A DNA stretch of 64,000 nucleotides. It comes from Acidimicrobiia bacterium. Lineage in GTDB: Bacteria > Actinomycetota > Acidimicrobiia > Spongiisociales > ZC4RG35. Below the pieces are notes generated by a model. It was not told the origin of the DNA. It saw only the letters and a list, made by a program, of their open reading frames with translations, and searched no databases. Positions 10,685-22,028 of the stretch are shown here, in pieces; positions within the stretch are counted from its first letter, which is position 1; each line of letters opens with the position of its first letter. Made by a program: the position numbers and the translations under genes. The DNA is taken from assembly GCA_965215185.1 (NCBI GenBank), contig OZ244034.1, forward strand, positions 1,920,001-1,984,000. The letters are read 5' to 3'.

Positions 10685-11062
10685 TCATGCGGTGACATAT
10701 GTGTGGGTAATGACCTCCCAGACGTGCCCGTTCTCGCATTCGAAGTAGAACCCGCGTCCCCGGTGCTTGTGGTTAATTTTGCCGTCTGTCCGAGAGTTGG
10801 GGCCGCTCCCGAAGGGGATGCCCTCGTCCTTGACACGCCGGAGCACCGCATCGAACTCTTCGTCCGAAGCCAGGAAGGCGTAGTGGTTGGATTGTGGGTC
10901 GTTTGAGTCGTCGAAGTCCAGCGTCAGGGTGTCGTTGACCTTGACAGGGGCAAAATGCCCCCAGGTCCCTTTGTATTCCAATCCGAAGACGCGGGCGATG
11001 AACTTCGCTGACTTCACCTTGTCGTGGGCGGGTACGATTGTATGGTCTAGCTGCAAAGCCAT
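10685..11062 (-). CDS. VOC/glyoxalase family protein
   Basis: LDHTIV, HYAF, GRGFYF..GHVWEV. Confidence 0.88.
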   Translation of the reverse strand: MALQLDHTIVPAHDKVKSAKFIARVFGLEYKGTWGHFAPVKVNDTLTLDFDDSNDPQSNHYAFLASDEEFDAVLRRVKDEGIPFGSGPNSRTDGKINHKHRGRGFYFECENGHVWEVITHTYVTA

Positions 11063-11188
11063 GCCGCACCTCCTCTATGACACTCTACCCCCAGCCGGAG
11101 CGCCAATCCAGGGCGTTGCCTTGAGCGCACGTCGACCGCGCGCATCGGCCACCAGACAGTCCCCGCTGGCTTAGCTCGGGAGGAAACC

Positions 11189-12451
11189 GTGGGCAAAGTG
11201 CAGACGGTTATCCGGGCCAAAGCCCTCTTTGATGGCACAGGGACTCCACCCGTCCCCAACGCCATCGTTATCTTGGAAGGGTCCCGCATTGTGGCCGCGG
11301 GCCCCGAAAGCGCCATCGAGACGCCCCGGGGACCGCAGGTGCGGGCACTGGACTTTCCCGACGGGTACCTGCTTCCCGGTCTCATCGATGCCCACACCCA
11401 TCTCATGTTCGGTTCCGGGGACGCCACGTACGAGGAGGTAATCGAGCGGGACTCCGACCAGCTGATGCTGCTGCGCGCCGCCCGCAACGCCCACATCCAC
11501 CTCAACGCCGGGGTCACCACCCTGCGGGACTGCGGCGCCCGCAACCAGGTGACCTTCGACCTGCGCCGGGGCGTCCGGCAGGGGCTGGCGCTGGCGCCCC
11601 GGCTGCTTCTGAGCGGCCGCCCGGTGACGACCACCGGAGGCCACTTCTGGTGGTGCAACCAGGAGGCTGACGGGGTGGAGGGCGTTCGGAAAGCCGTGCG
11701 CCAGCTGGTGCGGGACGGCGCCGACTTCATCAAAATCATGGCGTCGGGCGGGGGCACCGCCGGAACCGACAACCGCCGGCCGTCCTACAGCGTGGAGGAG
11801 CTGCGGGCCATTGTGGACGAGGCCCACAATCTGGGCAAGCCGACCACGGCCCACTGCATAGCCACTCAGAGCATCGTCAATGCTCTGGACGCAGGCGTCG
11901 ATTCCATCGAGCACGCCACCTTCATAGAGCCTGACGGCTCCTACCGCTTCAACCCGCGGATCGCCGAGCGCATTGCCCGGCAGGGGGTGCTGGTCAGCCC
12001 AACGGTGCAGACGGGCTACCGGAAACGAGAGATGCTGCTGGCGCGGCGAGCACAGGGACATGCCCTGACTCCGGAGGAGAAGCGGCGCCTGGAAGACCTA
12101 CAGGTCAAGTGCGAGCGTCAGGTGGAGTTCCTGGGCAGGCTCTGGTCTGAATGGGAGGTCTCCATCGTGGCCGGCACCGACGCTATTCAGACCTTCGGTG
12201 ACTATTGCCTGGGGTTGGAGCTGCAGGTCCAGGCGGGCATGAGCCCCGCGGATGTCATCTGCTCTGCAACTTCGGTGGCGGCGCGCGCCGTTGGTGTGGG
12301 CCATCTGGTCGGGACCATCGAGCCGGGCAAGGAGGCGGACCTCATCGTGGTGGATCAGGACCCCCTCCAGGACATCCGGGCCCTGCGGTCCATGCGGATG
12401 GTGATGCAGGGGGGAACTGTCATGCCGCCGCCGGTGGTCATGGGAATCTAA
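11189..12451 (+). CDS. Metal-dependent amidohydrolase (prolidase-like subgroup)
   Basis: PGLIDAHTH, FIKIMASGG, AHC, IEHA, AGTD. Confidence 0.9.
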   Translation: MGKVQTVIRAKALFDGTGTPPVPNAIVILEGSRIVAAGPESAIETPRGPQVRALDFPDGYLLPGLIDAHTHLMFGSGDATYEEVIERDSDQLMLLRAARNAHIHLNAGVTTLRDCGARNQVTFDLRRGVRQGLALAPRLLLSGRPVTTTGGHFWWCNQEADGVEGVRKAVRQLVRDGADFIKIMASGGGTAGTDNRRPSYSVEELRAIVDEAHNLGKPTTAHCIATQSIVNALDAGVDSIEHATFIEPDGSYRFNPRIAERIARQGVLVSPTVQTGYRKREMLLARRAQGHALTPEEKRRLEDLQVKCERQVEFLGRLWSEWEVSIVAGTDAIQTFGDYCLGLELQVQAGMSPADVICSATSVAARAVGVGHLVGTIEPGKEADLIVVDQDPLQDIRALRSMRMVMQGGTVMPPPVVMGI

Positions 12452-12549
12452 CAGAGAAGGAGTTTCCACATCCCCATGAGTGACGGGGATCAGGACAACT
12501 CGGGCCGCCGCCCACCCCCGGCAGTCAGGAACTTCCGATGACTTGCGGC

Positions 12550-13962
12550 TCACCCAGCCGGAAACAGGTCGGGAGGATGGCGCTCATGCCAGTCGGTGAG
12601 CGACTGGTAGGCGCGGGCCACCGTCAAGATGGTGTTCTCCTCATAAGCTCTGCCCATGAACTGTATTCCCGTGGGCAGGCCCTCTGGTGAAAAGCCGCTC
12701 GGCACCGATATTGCTGGAATTCCGGCCAGGTTTCCGACCAACAGCATTGTGTGTATCGCTGAGTGCGGGGCCACGCTGCGGAAATCCCGGTCGAGCGGGG
12801 CTGCATTACCATCCCGTGAGGGACCGACCAGGGCATCGAACGGCGACATCACCTGGTCGGCGTTCTCCGCCAGGAGCTTTCTGAGGCGCATCGCCTTGAT
12901 GTAGTCCTTCGCCAGCACCGCCACCCGGGGATAGAAACCGTAACGGTCTTCCGGCGCGGTTAGGTCCGCCAGCATCCCGCTGTCCACGATCTCCTCAAAT
13001 GCGCTCGATGCCTCCGCGAACCAGATCGTCTGGACGATTTCCTCGTGCGGAAGGTCGGAGAACTGCACCTCCTCTATGTCTGCCACTTCTCCCAGCGTAT
13101 GAAGCGCCCGTTCGAAGTTGGAGCGCGTCGTTTCGTCCGAGTGGTCGGCGACGTTCTTCACAACACCGAGCCGCATTCGCCTCGACGCCACGTCGGAGTC
13201 GTCGTAACGGAAGGTGCGATTGGTCGTTGTCGGATCCTTCGGGTCCGGGCCGGCGATCGCCTCCAGCACCAGGCCGCAGTCGTCCGCGGTCAGGCACAAC
13301 GGCCCCAGTTTGTCCAGCGTCCAGGAAAGGGCCATCGCTCCGTAGCGGCTTACCCGCCCGTAGGTGGGGCGCAGGCCGGCCACTCCGCAATTGGTGGCGG
13401 GGGTGATGATGGAACCTACCGTCTCGGAGCCGATGGTGAACGGCGCCAGACCGGCCGCCGTCGCCGAGCCGGATCCGCTGGACGATCCGCCGCTCCATCT
13501 CGTCTTGTCCCAGGGGGTGATGCCCGGGCCGGTGAACGAGGCGTTGGGTTGCTGGTAGCCCGCCCCGCCCGCCAGCTCCACCATGGCCAGCTTGGCTGCC
13601 AGCACCGCTCCCGCGGCCTCGAGCCTCAGAATCACGGTGGCGTCGTAGTCGAAGGTCTGGTTGCGCAGCGGCGCCGCGCCCCATGTTGTCGGAATGCCGT
13701 CGGACGTGGCCAGCAGGTCCTTTGCGCCGTAGGGAATGCCGTGCAGCGGGCCTCGGTACCCCCCGGACGCAATCTCCTGCTCAGCGCGTCTCGCCTGCAT
13801 CATCGCTCGCTCCCGGGTGACGGTGACCACTGCGTTGTAGTCCGGTCCCAGCGTCTCCAATCGATCCAGGAAGTACTCGGCAAGCTCCACCGGCGACACC
13901 TCTCGGTCTCTAACCAGGTCGCCCAATTGGCGTACGGTCATGAAGGCGAAGTTGTCCGGCAA
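12550..13962 (-). CDS. Amidase signature family protein
   Basis: GIPYGAKD, GGSSSGS, IGSETVGSI; probable TTG start at 13962. Confidence 0.9.
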   Translation of the reverse strand: MPDNFAFMTVRQLGDLVRDREVSPVELAEYFLDRLETLGPDYNAVVTVTRERAMMQARRAEQEIASGGYRGPLHGIPYGAKDLLATSDGIPTTWGAAPLRNQTFDYDATVILRLEAAGAVLAAKLAMVELAGGAGYQQPNASFTGPGITPWDKTRWSGGSSSGSGSATAAGLAPFTIGSETVGSIITPATNCGVAGLRPTYGRVSRYGAMALSWTLDKLGPLCLTADDCGLVLEAIAGPDPKDPTTTNRTFRYDDSDVASRRMRLGVVKNVADHSDETTRSNFERALHTLGEVADIEEVQFSDLPHEEIVQTIWFAEASSAFEEIVDSGMLADLTAPEDRYGFYPRVAVLAKDYIKAMRLRKLLAENADQVMSPFDALVGPSRDGNAAPLDRDFRSVAPHSAIHTMLLVGNLAGIPAISVPSGFSPEGLPTGIQFMGRAYEENTILTVARAYQSLTDWHERHPPDLFPAG

Positions 13963-13966
13963 GACG

Positions 13967-14176
13967 TCAGCCCTCTGCCCGGTAGGGTGTGAACACCGAG
14001 TACGGCTCATCGCTATTTTCGAGCCTGACAGCTCTCAGGGTCTGTGACGCGGCGACAATGTCCTCGATGCCCTGGCGTACCGCTTCCAATTGCTCATCGT
14101 CCAGGCGGTCCCCGTAGAGGCCCTTCACCATTTTGAATCGTTCTTCCACTTCCCGTTCGGTAGCTTCCCCGTTCAA
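13967..14176 (-). CDS. Small GatC/AtzG-like partner of the amidase
   Basis: 69 aa helical ORF ending L.NSDEP..F.P, 4 nt upstream of the amidase. Confidence 0.65.
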   Translation of the reverse strand: MNGEATEREVEERFKMVKGLYGDRLDDEQLEAVRQGIEDIVAASQTLRAVRLENSDEPYSVFTPYRAEG

Positions 14177-14371
14177 GATGCTCCTCCGCTGCCTCTCGCC
14201 TGCGTGATATGCCCCACTTTCAGTCCTCCCCCAGACCTACGGATGGTGGGTCGGTAAGTCTAGTTAGGGGGTCCCAGGGTGTGCTGGCAGGGCGGTGAGG
14301 GGTTCTCGGCGAACCTACAATGTGGCCAGAGCCAACAGCAAGCGTCCCCCCACCCCGGAATAGGACTATTA

Positions 14372-15733
14372 GTGCGCAACTTCGATCTGATGATCATCGG
14401 TACCGGATCCGGCAATTCGGTGATCGGAACTGAGCACGACAACTGGGAGATTGCCGTCGTGGAGCGAGGACGCTTCGGCGGCACCTGTCTAAATGTCGGC
14501 TGCATACCCTCGAAGATGTTCGTTTACGCCGCCGAGATGGCGGAACTGGCCGCCGACAGCCCGCGCCTAGGGGTCCGCACTCGCTTCGACGGCGCTGACT
14601 GGCCCTCCATACGCGATCGCATATTCGGCCGGATCGACCCGATCGCCGAAGGGGGCCTCACTTACCGGGAGGAACTGCCCAACGTCACCGTCTATGCCGG
14701 TGCCGGGCGGTTCGTCGGAATGAAGCAAGTGTCCATCGGTGACGAAGTGATCACCGCCGACCGGATCGTGATAGCCGCAGGTGGACGGCCCACTGTGCCC
14801 CCGGTGCCGGGCCTGGCCGATTGTGGATACCACACGTCGGACACGATCATGCGCCTCGACGACCTACCCGAGCGACTGCTGGTGATGGGCGCCGGCTACA
14901 TAGCAGCCGAGTTGGGCGGCGTCATGGGAGCGTTCGGCTCGAAGGTGACCTTCCTGCTGCGGGGCGACACCTTCCTGCGCCGGGAGGACCACGACATCAG
15001 CAGCCGGTTCACCGCCGCCTACGCCCGCCGGTTCGACGTGCGCACCCACACCCGGCTCCTCGAGGCCCGTCGAGACGGCGGCGAAGTGGTGATCCGCATG
15101 GCCGGCACCGATGGCACCCCTTTCGAGGTGAGGGGCGATGAGTTGCTGGTGGCGACCGGCCGAAGACCGAACACCGACCAGCTCGACGTGGAGGCGGGAG
15201 GGATCGCCGTCGACAACCAAGGGTTCGTGATCACCGACGAGCAACTGCGCACCAACGTGGAGGGTGTCTGGGCCCTGGGCGATATCACCAACCCGGTGCA
15301 GTTGAAGCATGTCGCCAACCACGAGGCTCGGGTGGTGCGCCACAACCTCACCAACCCCGACAACCCGGCCACCGTCGACCACCGGTTCATCCCTCACGCG
15401 GTGTTCGGATATCCCCAAATCGCCAGCGTCGGTCTCACCGAGCAGGAATGCCGCAGGCAGGACATTCCCTACGTCAGCCACGTCCAACCCTACGCGGCTG
15501 CCGCCTATGGCTGGGCGATGGAGGACACTGACAGCGTTGCGAAAGTCATCGCCCATGCCGAGACCCGCCGCCTCCTCGGAGCCCACATCATCGGCCCGCA
15601 GGCGCCCACCCTCATCCAGCAACTCATCCAGGGCATGCACTTCGATCTGACCGTCGACCAGATGGCCCACGGGCAGTACTACATCCACCCCGCCTTGCCG
15701 GAAGTTGTCGAGCAGGCCCTCCTGGAACTCTAA
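14372..15733 (+). CDS. mtr: Mycothione reductase
   Basis: IIGTGSGNS, FGGTCLNVGCIPSKMFVY, QLKHVANHE, AYGWAMED, HPALPEVVE. Confidence 0.9.
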   Translation: MRNFDLMIIGTGSGNSVIGTEHDNWEIAVVERGRFGGTCLNVGCIPSKMFVYAAEMAELAADSPRLGVRTRFDGADWPSIRDRIFGRIDPIAEGGLTYREELPNVTVYAGAGRFVGMKQVSIGDEVITADRIVIAAGGRPTVPPVPGLADCGYHTSDTIMRLDDLPERLLVMGAGYIAAELGGVMGAFGSKVTFLLRGDTFLRREDHDISSRFTAAYARRFDVRTHTRLLEARRDGGEVVIRMAGTDGTPFEVRGDELLVATGRRPNTDQLDVEAGGIAVDNQGFVITDEQLRTNVEGVWALGDITNPVQLKHVANHEARVVRHNLTNPDNPATVDHRFIPHAVFGYPQIASVGLTEQECRRQDIPYVSHVQPYAAAAYGWAMEDTDSVAKVIAHAETRRLLGAHIIGPQAPTLIQQLIQGMHFDLTVDQMAHGQYYIHPALPEVVEQALLEL

Positions 15734-15875
15734 AACCAGTTCCGGGGGTGTACGCGCCGGCATGGAGCCTACGTTTGGCGAGGACTGCAACCTGAAGGTC
15801 TCCCAGAAGGTGATAGCGTGCGGAAAGTACCGTCTGACCCCAGGATTAGGTAGTGTTACCTTGTCATAAGGTTTC

Positions 15876-16881
15876 TTGGTGGCTGTTAACCGAAACTCTT
15901 TCCCTGTTGCCCTCCTACTGACAATTGTTCTTGTCTCCTCCCCTGCCCTCAGGAAAGGCCAACAGCATCACCGCCTTCCAATCGGCCCAAGGAGAGGAAT
16001 TTGCGACCGTGTGGTCGGCAGTGCTGACTCCCGGAGAGACAACAGAACCCGGGCCCAACGGTTTTTGCAGGGCAGCAGACAGTGGCCTCTGCATCAAGAA
16101 GCACCAACATGGTTGGCACGATCCCTATGGTTCTTTGACCGATGGCACCGTCGAAATCGACCAGACAATCCACATAGTCCAGAGTCTCAGATATGGCGCC
16201 GCCAACCAGGATGGCAAACTGCACCTCACTTTGGATCCGCCGCTTTCTCCCGATGACAAGGCGAGGCTGGTTCTGGAAATAGGAAACAGGTCCTTCTCTC
16301 TGTCGTCCGCTTTCACCGAATTTTTGGACATAGGAGGAAACTACGTCTGGATCGGTTTCGAGGAACCCTGAGAGGTTGGTAATCCGATCCAAGTGAGCTT
16401 GAAGAAGCCACCGGTTGGATACGCCGGGCACACACCCGGTACTGCCAACACAGATTTGGGGTTGGGAGTCTCTATGCTGAGCCGGCTGGAAACCGCCGAT
16501 GATCGTGATTGGTACCGGGTGGATCTGGAAATTGCGGTCTCATACCTCTTCCAGGTCCGCGGCCCGAGGCCGGCAGACACCCATCTTGATTGGTATCAAC
16601 TGGATCTGGACACCAGCGGTTCTTCTCACCTGGTCACGCGCGGCCCTCAGAACGATGCGGGAAGTCTGCGGATCGTCCTGTATGACGACATGGGGGAGGC
16701 AGTCTGGCGCGACGGCTCCCCGGTTGCAGAAGACAGTAAGACGGGTGAGTACCGCGCGGGGTTGTACTACCAACCAACATCTGGAGGCGCTCACTATCTT
16801 GAGGTGACCAGTCCCTCGGATCGACCGCTGACCTGGTACATGGTCGGTTACTGGGAAAGGGAACCTGGCAACCAACCCTGA
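15876..16881 (+). pseudogene. Disrupted secreted protein with C-terminal PPC-like (DxDWY) domain
   Basis: Signal peptide in one frame, body in another; 15925-16371 and 16393-16881 are in the same frame, split by one TGA. Confidence 0.6.
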
Positions 16882-17197
16882 TCCTCCCCGTGGGGCCGCT
16901 TCCCCACAACCCCTGCTGGGCTTAGGTTTCCCAGGCAATTGGCGACCGTCCATGCTCGGGGCCCCCAGGCGCCAGTCCCGACTACACCGGCACGGGATCG
17001 GAGACCGTACTACGGCTTTCAGACAGCCCTGATTGGCTGATATTCCTTCTCCGGGGCCCTCAACAAAATGGCTGACTCTCAAAGCCCCGAACCTCGGCTG
17101 GATCGACCGGTTTGCTTGGTGGGGTGAGGGTTGGGGTCCAAGGAAAAGGTCTGCGGAAGGTGCTATCGCTTACCTTTTTCGTTTAGCATCGGTTGGC

Positions 17198-17719
17198 ATG
17201 ACGGAAACCGATACAACAGATCCGAGCGCGTTGGACAAACAGCTTCTCCGCCGAGCCATCGAACTTTCGGCCAGTGCAGCCGCCAAAGGGAATATGGCGT
17301 TCGGCGCCCTCCTTGCAGACCCCGAAGGCAACGTCCTCCTCGAAGCGGAGAACACGACGTTCACCGAACGGAACCCCCTCAACCACGCCGAGATCAACCT
17401 GATTAACCTGGCGGTCGCCACCCTCAATCCCGAGCAGATCGCCACCGCCACCCTCTACACCAGCTGCGAACCCTGTGCCATGTGCAGCGGCGCCATGTAT
17501 TGGGGTGAAATAAACCGGATGGTGTATGCGATGTCCGAACACGACCTGCTGAGAATCACCGGAGTCAACGACCACTGCCCGACCATGCGGGGAGTCGGCT
17601 GCCGCAACATCCTTACCAGCGGCCAGCGTCACATCGAGGTGATCGGACCCCACCTGGTTGAGGAGGCCTGCGCAGTCCAAATCGACTACTTTGCGGCCCG
17701 GCCACCCGAGAGTTCATAG
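17198..17719 (+). CDS. Zn-dependent nucleoside/guanine deaminase
   Basis: HAE and EPCAMC motifs. Confidence 0.9.
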   Translation: MTETDTTDPSALDKQLLRRAIELSASAAAKGNMAFGALLADPEGNVLLEAENTTFTERNPLNHAEINLINLAVATLNPEQIATATLYTSCEPCAMCSGAMYWGEINRMVYAMSEHDLLRITGVNDHCPTMRGVGCRNILTSGQRHIEVIGPHLVEEACAVQIDYFAARPPESS

Positions 17720-17848
17720 AAACGGGTAGGGCTTAGCCTCCTGTCACCTAGATGGCCTGGGGGTGGTGCCCACCCCGCCGTGTCAGGACGCTGTTGACCT
17801 CAAATAGAAACTGGTGGTTCTGGAATCAGCTCACCTGGATCGGTGGCT

Positions 17849-18694
17849 TCACGAACCGTGGGCTTCCTCCCACGAGACGATGGGGTTGCGGAGCACACCG
17901 ATACGTTCGATTTCGGCTTCCATGACATCACCCGGCCGCAGATACAAAGACTCAGCATCCTCGCTGAAACCAGCAACCCCGGACACCGTACCAGTGGAGA
18001 CAATGTCGCCAGCGCTGTAGCCCATCGGGGAATAGTGGGACACGATCTCCTGAAGTGTCACCGACATGTTCCCCGTGTTTGAAACCTGGCGCCTCTCACC
18101 GTTCACTCGAAGTTCCACATTGAGAGAATGCGGATCTCCGACCTCGTCGGGTGTCACAATCCAAGGCCCAATCGGGCAGAAGGTGTCGATCCCCTTGCAG
18201 AAAGAGAAAACACCGGACGCCATCTCTCTACGCTGGATATCCCGGGCGGTGATGTCGTTGAAGATCAGATAGCCCGCTATGTACTCATCCGCCTCTTCCG
18301 GCGAGAAGAACTTGCCCGCTTTGCCGATGACCACGGCGAGTTCGAGTTCGTAGTCGAGTTCACTTGTTAATTGGTGGGGATATACGATGGCGTCGTCCGG
18401 TCCAATAATGGCGTCAATATTCTGGAAGAAGACGATCCAAGGAAGAACCGGGTGTGACCAGTTGACCCTGAGCGACTCCTCGTGGTGTTCTCGGTAATTG
18501 CCGGCCGTGTGGAAGAACTTCTTGGGTACGATCGGCGCCTCCAGTTTGACCGTAGCCAGGTCGTAATCGGCCCCGCTCTCATCCACATCGCCGCCGCGCT
18601 CGAAATACTCACGCATCGTGGCAACGTCGAGTTCGACCATCCGGTCACCCTCAATACGGCCGACTTTCCCACCATTGAATGTGGCTAACTTCAT
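17849..18694 (-). CDS. Fumarylacetoacetate hydrolase family protein
   Basis: DYELELAVVIGK, NDITARD, GDIVSTGT. Confidence 0.9.
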   Translation of the reverse strand: MKLATFNGGKVGRIEGDRMVELDVATMREYFERGGDVDESGADYDLATVKLEAPIVPKKFFHTAGNYREHHEESLRVNWSHPVLPWIVFFQNIDAIIGPDDAIVYPHQLTSELDYELELAVVIGKAGKFFSPEEADEYIAGYLIFNDITARDIQRREMASGVFSFCKGIDTFCPIGPWIVTPDEVGDPHSLNVELRVNGERRQVSNTGNMSVTLQEIVSHYSPMGYSAGDIVSTGTVSGVAGFSEDAESLYLRPGDVMEAEIERIGVLRNPIVSWEEAHGS

Positions 18695-18761
18695 TGATCA
18701 CCCATGGTCTGTTGATTTGACATTCGATAGAGGCTAGCAATCCGTCAAAGACGGGAACTGC

Positions 18762-19976
18762 TCAGGCCATACCAGCGTTGCCCACAGGATCACGGCTCGA
18801 GGTGACGGCTTCGACCATCTCGACGAACAGTTCGTTGGAGACCAGTCCTCCGTCTCGTATCCCACGCTGCTTGACCCGCTCCAGCAAGGTGGCGTGGAAC
18901 TCCTCAGGAATATCGAGGTCGAGTTCCGCAGCCTTGACCTTGATACTGGCCAATCCGCTCTTCTTGCCCAATACCAATCCTCGCTCGGCGCCCACCAACG
19001 TTGAGGAATAGGGCTCGATAGCGGTCGGATCGTGGAATTGCGATGCCACCGCTCCACTTTCCCTAATGAACAGATTCCGGCCTGTGACGGGTTTCCACGG
19101 CGCCAGTTGATAACCGGACAGTCTTTGGACGGTTTCAGCCACCTCGGCGATGTGCTGCAGTTGCATGGAGGTTTCGCCCCGATATACGGCCTCCAAGGCA
19201 ATCGCGAACTCGGCGAGGTCCATATTCCCGGCTCGCTCCCCCATACCGTTGATGGTGCCCTGAACCCAGTCCGCTCCGGCGCGCACCGCCTCGATGGCGC
19301 CGGCTGTGGCCAAGCCGAAGTCATCATGGCCATGCCAATGGATCGGAATATCATCTCCGACCCACGAGCGAGCTTGGGTCACCATATCCGCGGCTGCCTC
19401 AGGCGCGGCGATGCCCAAAGTGTCCACCAATGCGATCTCGCCCGCCCCGGCTTCGATCGCTTTGGCATAGATCTCCTCCAGAAACGCGAAATCGGCTCTG
19501 CTGCCGTCGACCCCGAAAAAACAGACGTGAATACCGTTGTCTACTGCAAAACGTGTCGAATCGACCACCCGCTGAACGACGACTTCACGAGTCAATCCAT
19601 AGGCCGAGAGCTTGCCGTCACTTACCGGCGTTTCGATGACCGCCGACTCCACCCCGAGTTCGACCAACTGCTCCACATCGGCTTTGACGGCCCTGGAGAA
19701 TCCCCAGATCTCGGCGTTGAGCCCGGCAGCGAGTATCAGGCGAAAGGCCTCCACATCATCTTCGGAGACGCGGGGAAAACCCGCTTCTATCCGATCCACT
19801 CCCAGACGATCCAAGGCGTAAGCTATCTCTAGCTTCGCTTCCGGGCCTAGCGATACGCCAACTGTCTGCTCTCCGTCGCGGAGAGTTGTGTCATAGATTC
19901 CAATCCTTCGTTCCAAAGCGCTATCAGAAGCGACATCATTAAACGACCCTGTCCATACCAAATCGCGATCAAGCAT
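18762..19976 (-). CDS. DRE-TIM metallolyase (homocitrate/isopropylmalate synthase-like, no regulatory domain)
   Basis: DTTLRDGEQ, HGHDD, GMGERAGN, LGKKSG. Confidence 0.85.
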   Translation of the reverse strand: MLDRDLVWTGSFNDVASDSALERRIGIYDTTLRDGEQTVGVSLGPEAKLEIAYALDRLGVDRIEAGFPRVSEDDVEAFRLILAAGLNAEIWGFSRAVKADVEQLVELGVESAVIETPVSDGKLSAYGLTREVVVQRVVDSTRFAVDNGIHVCFFGVDGSRADFAFLEEIYAKAIEAGAGEIALVDTLGIAAPEAAADMVTQARSWVGDDIPIHWHGHDDFGLATAGAIEAVRAGADWVQGTINGMGERAGNMDLAEFAIALEAVYRGETSMQLQHIAEVAETVQRLSGYQLAPWKPVTGRNLFIRESGAVASQFHDPTAIEPYSSTLVGAERGLVLGKKSGLASIKVKAAELDLDIPEEFHATLLERVKQRGIRDGGLVSNELFVEMVEAVTSSRDPVGNAGMA

Positions 19977-20034
19977 CAATCCTCGCAGTCTCGAAAAGCC
20001 CGCCGAATTATATCCATTTGCAGGTTTCGCCACC

Positions 20035-21015
20035 CTATCGGACCGCAAGAGTGTGGAGGTGGCATCTCACGGTGTGTGCCGCACCTACCTCGATGCTCTC
20101 TGGTGTGGTAGCGCAAACTTCCATGACATGGGGGCAGCGGGTTCTGAACCGGCAACCGGAAGGGGGATCGAGCGGGCTGGGCAACTCCCCCATGATCTTC
20201 AGTCGAGGTCGACGGTCTCGGGGATGAGCGGGCAAGTCGGCAGCCAGCAGTCCCTGGGTGTATGGATGTTGCGGTGACTCGAATATCTGGTCGGTACTCC
20301 CCTGCTCGATGATCCGACCCATATACATGACCGCCACTTCGTCGGCCACGTACTGCACTGTGGCCAGGTCGTGAGCGATCATCAGGAAGGTCGTGTTGAA
20401 ATCCCGCTGAATGTCCTTGAGGAGATTCAGCACCTGGGCCTGCACCGAGACGTCGAGGGCTGACACCGGCTCGTCGAGCACCAGGAGTCTGGGATCGGTG
20501 ACCAGGGCGCTGGCTAGAGCGATTCGCTGGCGCTGGCCTCCGCTGAACTCGTGGGGAAAGAGATCACCGTGCCACCTTTCCATGCCGACCTTCTCAAGAG
20601 TCTCTCCTACGCGTTCTCTCACTTCATCTTTGGAGACTCTTCGATTGACGACCAGGGCCTCGCCCACAATGCTCCGCACTCGCATGCGCGGGCTAAGTGA
20701 GGCCCACGGATCCTGGAACACGGCTTGCACGTTGGTGCGGAACCACCTCAACTCGGAGCGTCTCAAACGGTGGATGTCTCTTCCGTCCAGTGTTGCTGAT
20801 CCGCTCGTGGGCTGGGCCAGTCTCAAGATGAGTCGGGCCGTTGTGGTCTTTCCACATCCAGACTCGCCCACGAGAGCGAGAGTCTTTCCCTCCTCAATGG
20901 AGAAGCTGACTCCATCAACGGCGCGGATGTGCCCGACGACCCGACCGCCGTACTGGCCGGACGACACTGCGAAATGCTTGACCAGGTTGTCAACGACCAT
21001 CACCCGGTTTGTCAC
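20035..21015 (-). CDS. Dpp/Opp ABC transporter ATP-binding subunit
   Basis: GESGCGKT, FSGGQRQR, HPYT, GCRFRTRC. Confidence 0.93.
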   Translation of the reverse strand: MTNRVMVVDNLVKHFAVSSGQYGGRVVGHIRAVDGVSFSIEEGKTLALVGESGCGKTTTARLILRLAQPTSGSATLDGRDIHRLRRSELRWFRTNVQAVFQDPWASLSPRMRVRSIVGEALVVNRRVSKDEVRERVGETLEKVGMERWHGDLFPHEFSGGQRQRIALASALVTDPRLLVLDEPVSALDVSVQAQVLNLLKDIQRDFNTTFLMIAHDLATVQYVADEVAVMYMGRIIEQGSTDQIFESPQHPYTQGLLAADLPAHPRDRRPRLKIMGELPSPLDPPSGCRFRTRCPHVMEVCATTPESIEVGAAHTVRCHLHTLAVR

Positions 21016-22028
21016 GACATCTCCTCAGCCAGCCAGCAGGCCGCTACATGGTTGTCGCCGATTTCGAACGATGGCGGGTACTGCTGGTCACAGCGGGTAA
21101 CTGCATGAGCACATCTTGGAGCGAATGCGCAACCGGACGGCAGTTCGATGAGTGAGGGAGGTTGTCCCTCGATGGAAGGCAGCCGTTCGGCCTTCTGTCC
21201 TCGTCGAGGGCGAGCCGCGAGCAACGCTTGCGTATAGGGATGCCGGGGATCGTCGAAAATCTCTGTGACCGGTCCTTGCTCGACGATGCGTCCGGCGTAC
21301 ATCACGGCTACTCGATCACATGATTCGGCAATCACGCCGAAGTCATGGGTGATCAGGATGATGGCGACCGAGGTCTGTTCTCGTAGATCGTCGAGGAGTC
21401 GCAGATACTGGGCTTGGATGGTGACATCCAGCGCCGTCGTCGGTTCGTCCGCGATGAGAACCGACGGCTGGCAGGCTATCGCCATGGCGCCTACTACTCG
21501 TTGCTTCATCCCGCCGCTCATCTGATGTGGAAAATTGCGCAGCCGTCGCTCCGGAGCCGACACCCGAACACTCTGAAGCGCCGTTATCGACCGCTCGCGC
21601 ACATCACCCGAAGAGGCCGCCGTGTTATGCAGGCGGATGGTCTCGGCGAGCTGGTTTCCTATCGAATACACCGGATTCAATGACTGCTGCGGATCTTGGA
21701 GGATCATCGAAATCTCCCGCCCCCTGATCCTGCGCATTTGTTTCTCGCTGAGCGACAGGAGGTCTCGCCCGTTGAGCAACACCTGGCCACTCAGAATACG
21801 GCCGACCGGCTCCGGCGTCAGCCGAACCAACGAAAGGGCAAGCATGCTCTTGCCGCTTCCGGATTCGCCCACGATGCCGAGCATCTCACCAGCATGAAGC
21901 TGGAGGGAAACGCCATCCACCGCCTTGGTCACCCCCCAGCGCGTGTAGAGATAAGTGACCAGGTCCCTGACCTCCAGAACCGGATCGGCTGCCAACCCGA
22001 GGGTCTCATAGGTAGCGGTCCCGGTCAT
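21012..22028 (-). CDS. Dpp/Opp ABC transporter ATP-binding subunit
   Basis: [24 protein letters not shown]; ATG overlaps the permease stop. Confidence 0.93.
   Translation of the reverse strand: MTGTATYETLGLAADPVLEVRDLVTYLYTRWGVTKAVDGVSLQLHAGEMLGIVGESGSGKSMLALSLVRLTPEPVGRILSGQVLLNGRDLLSLSEKQMRRIRGREISMILQDPQQSLNPVYSIGNQLAETIRLHNTAASSGDVRERSITALQSVRVSAPERRLRNFPHQMSGGMKQRVVGAMAIACQPSVLIADEPTTALDVTIQAQYLRLLDDLREQTSVAIILITHDFGVIAESCDRVAVMYAGRIVEQGPVTEIFDDPRHPYTQALLAARPRRGQKAERLPSIEGQPPSLIELPSGCAFAPRCAHAVTRCDQQYPPSFEIGDNHVAACWLAEEMS

Noticed and set aside
16369-16371. In-frame TGA as selenocysteine or recoded Trp
   Set aside because: The context suggests a TGG-to-TGA mutation, the gene also has a 5' frameshift, and TGA ends many intact genes here.
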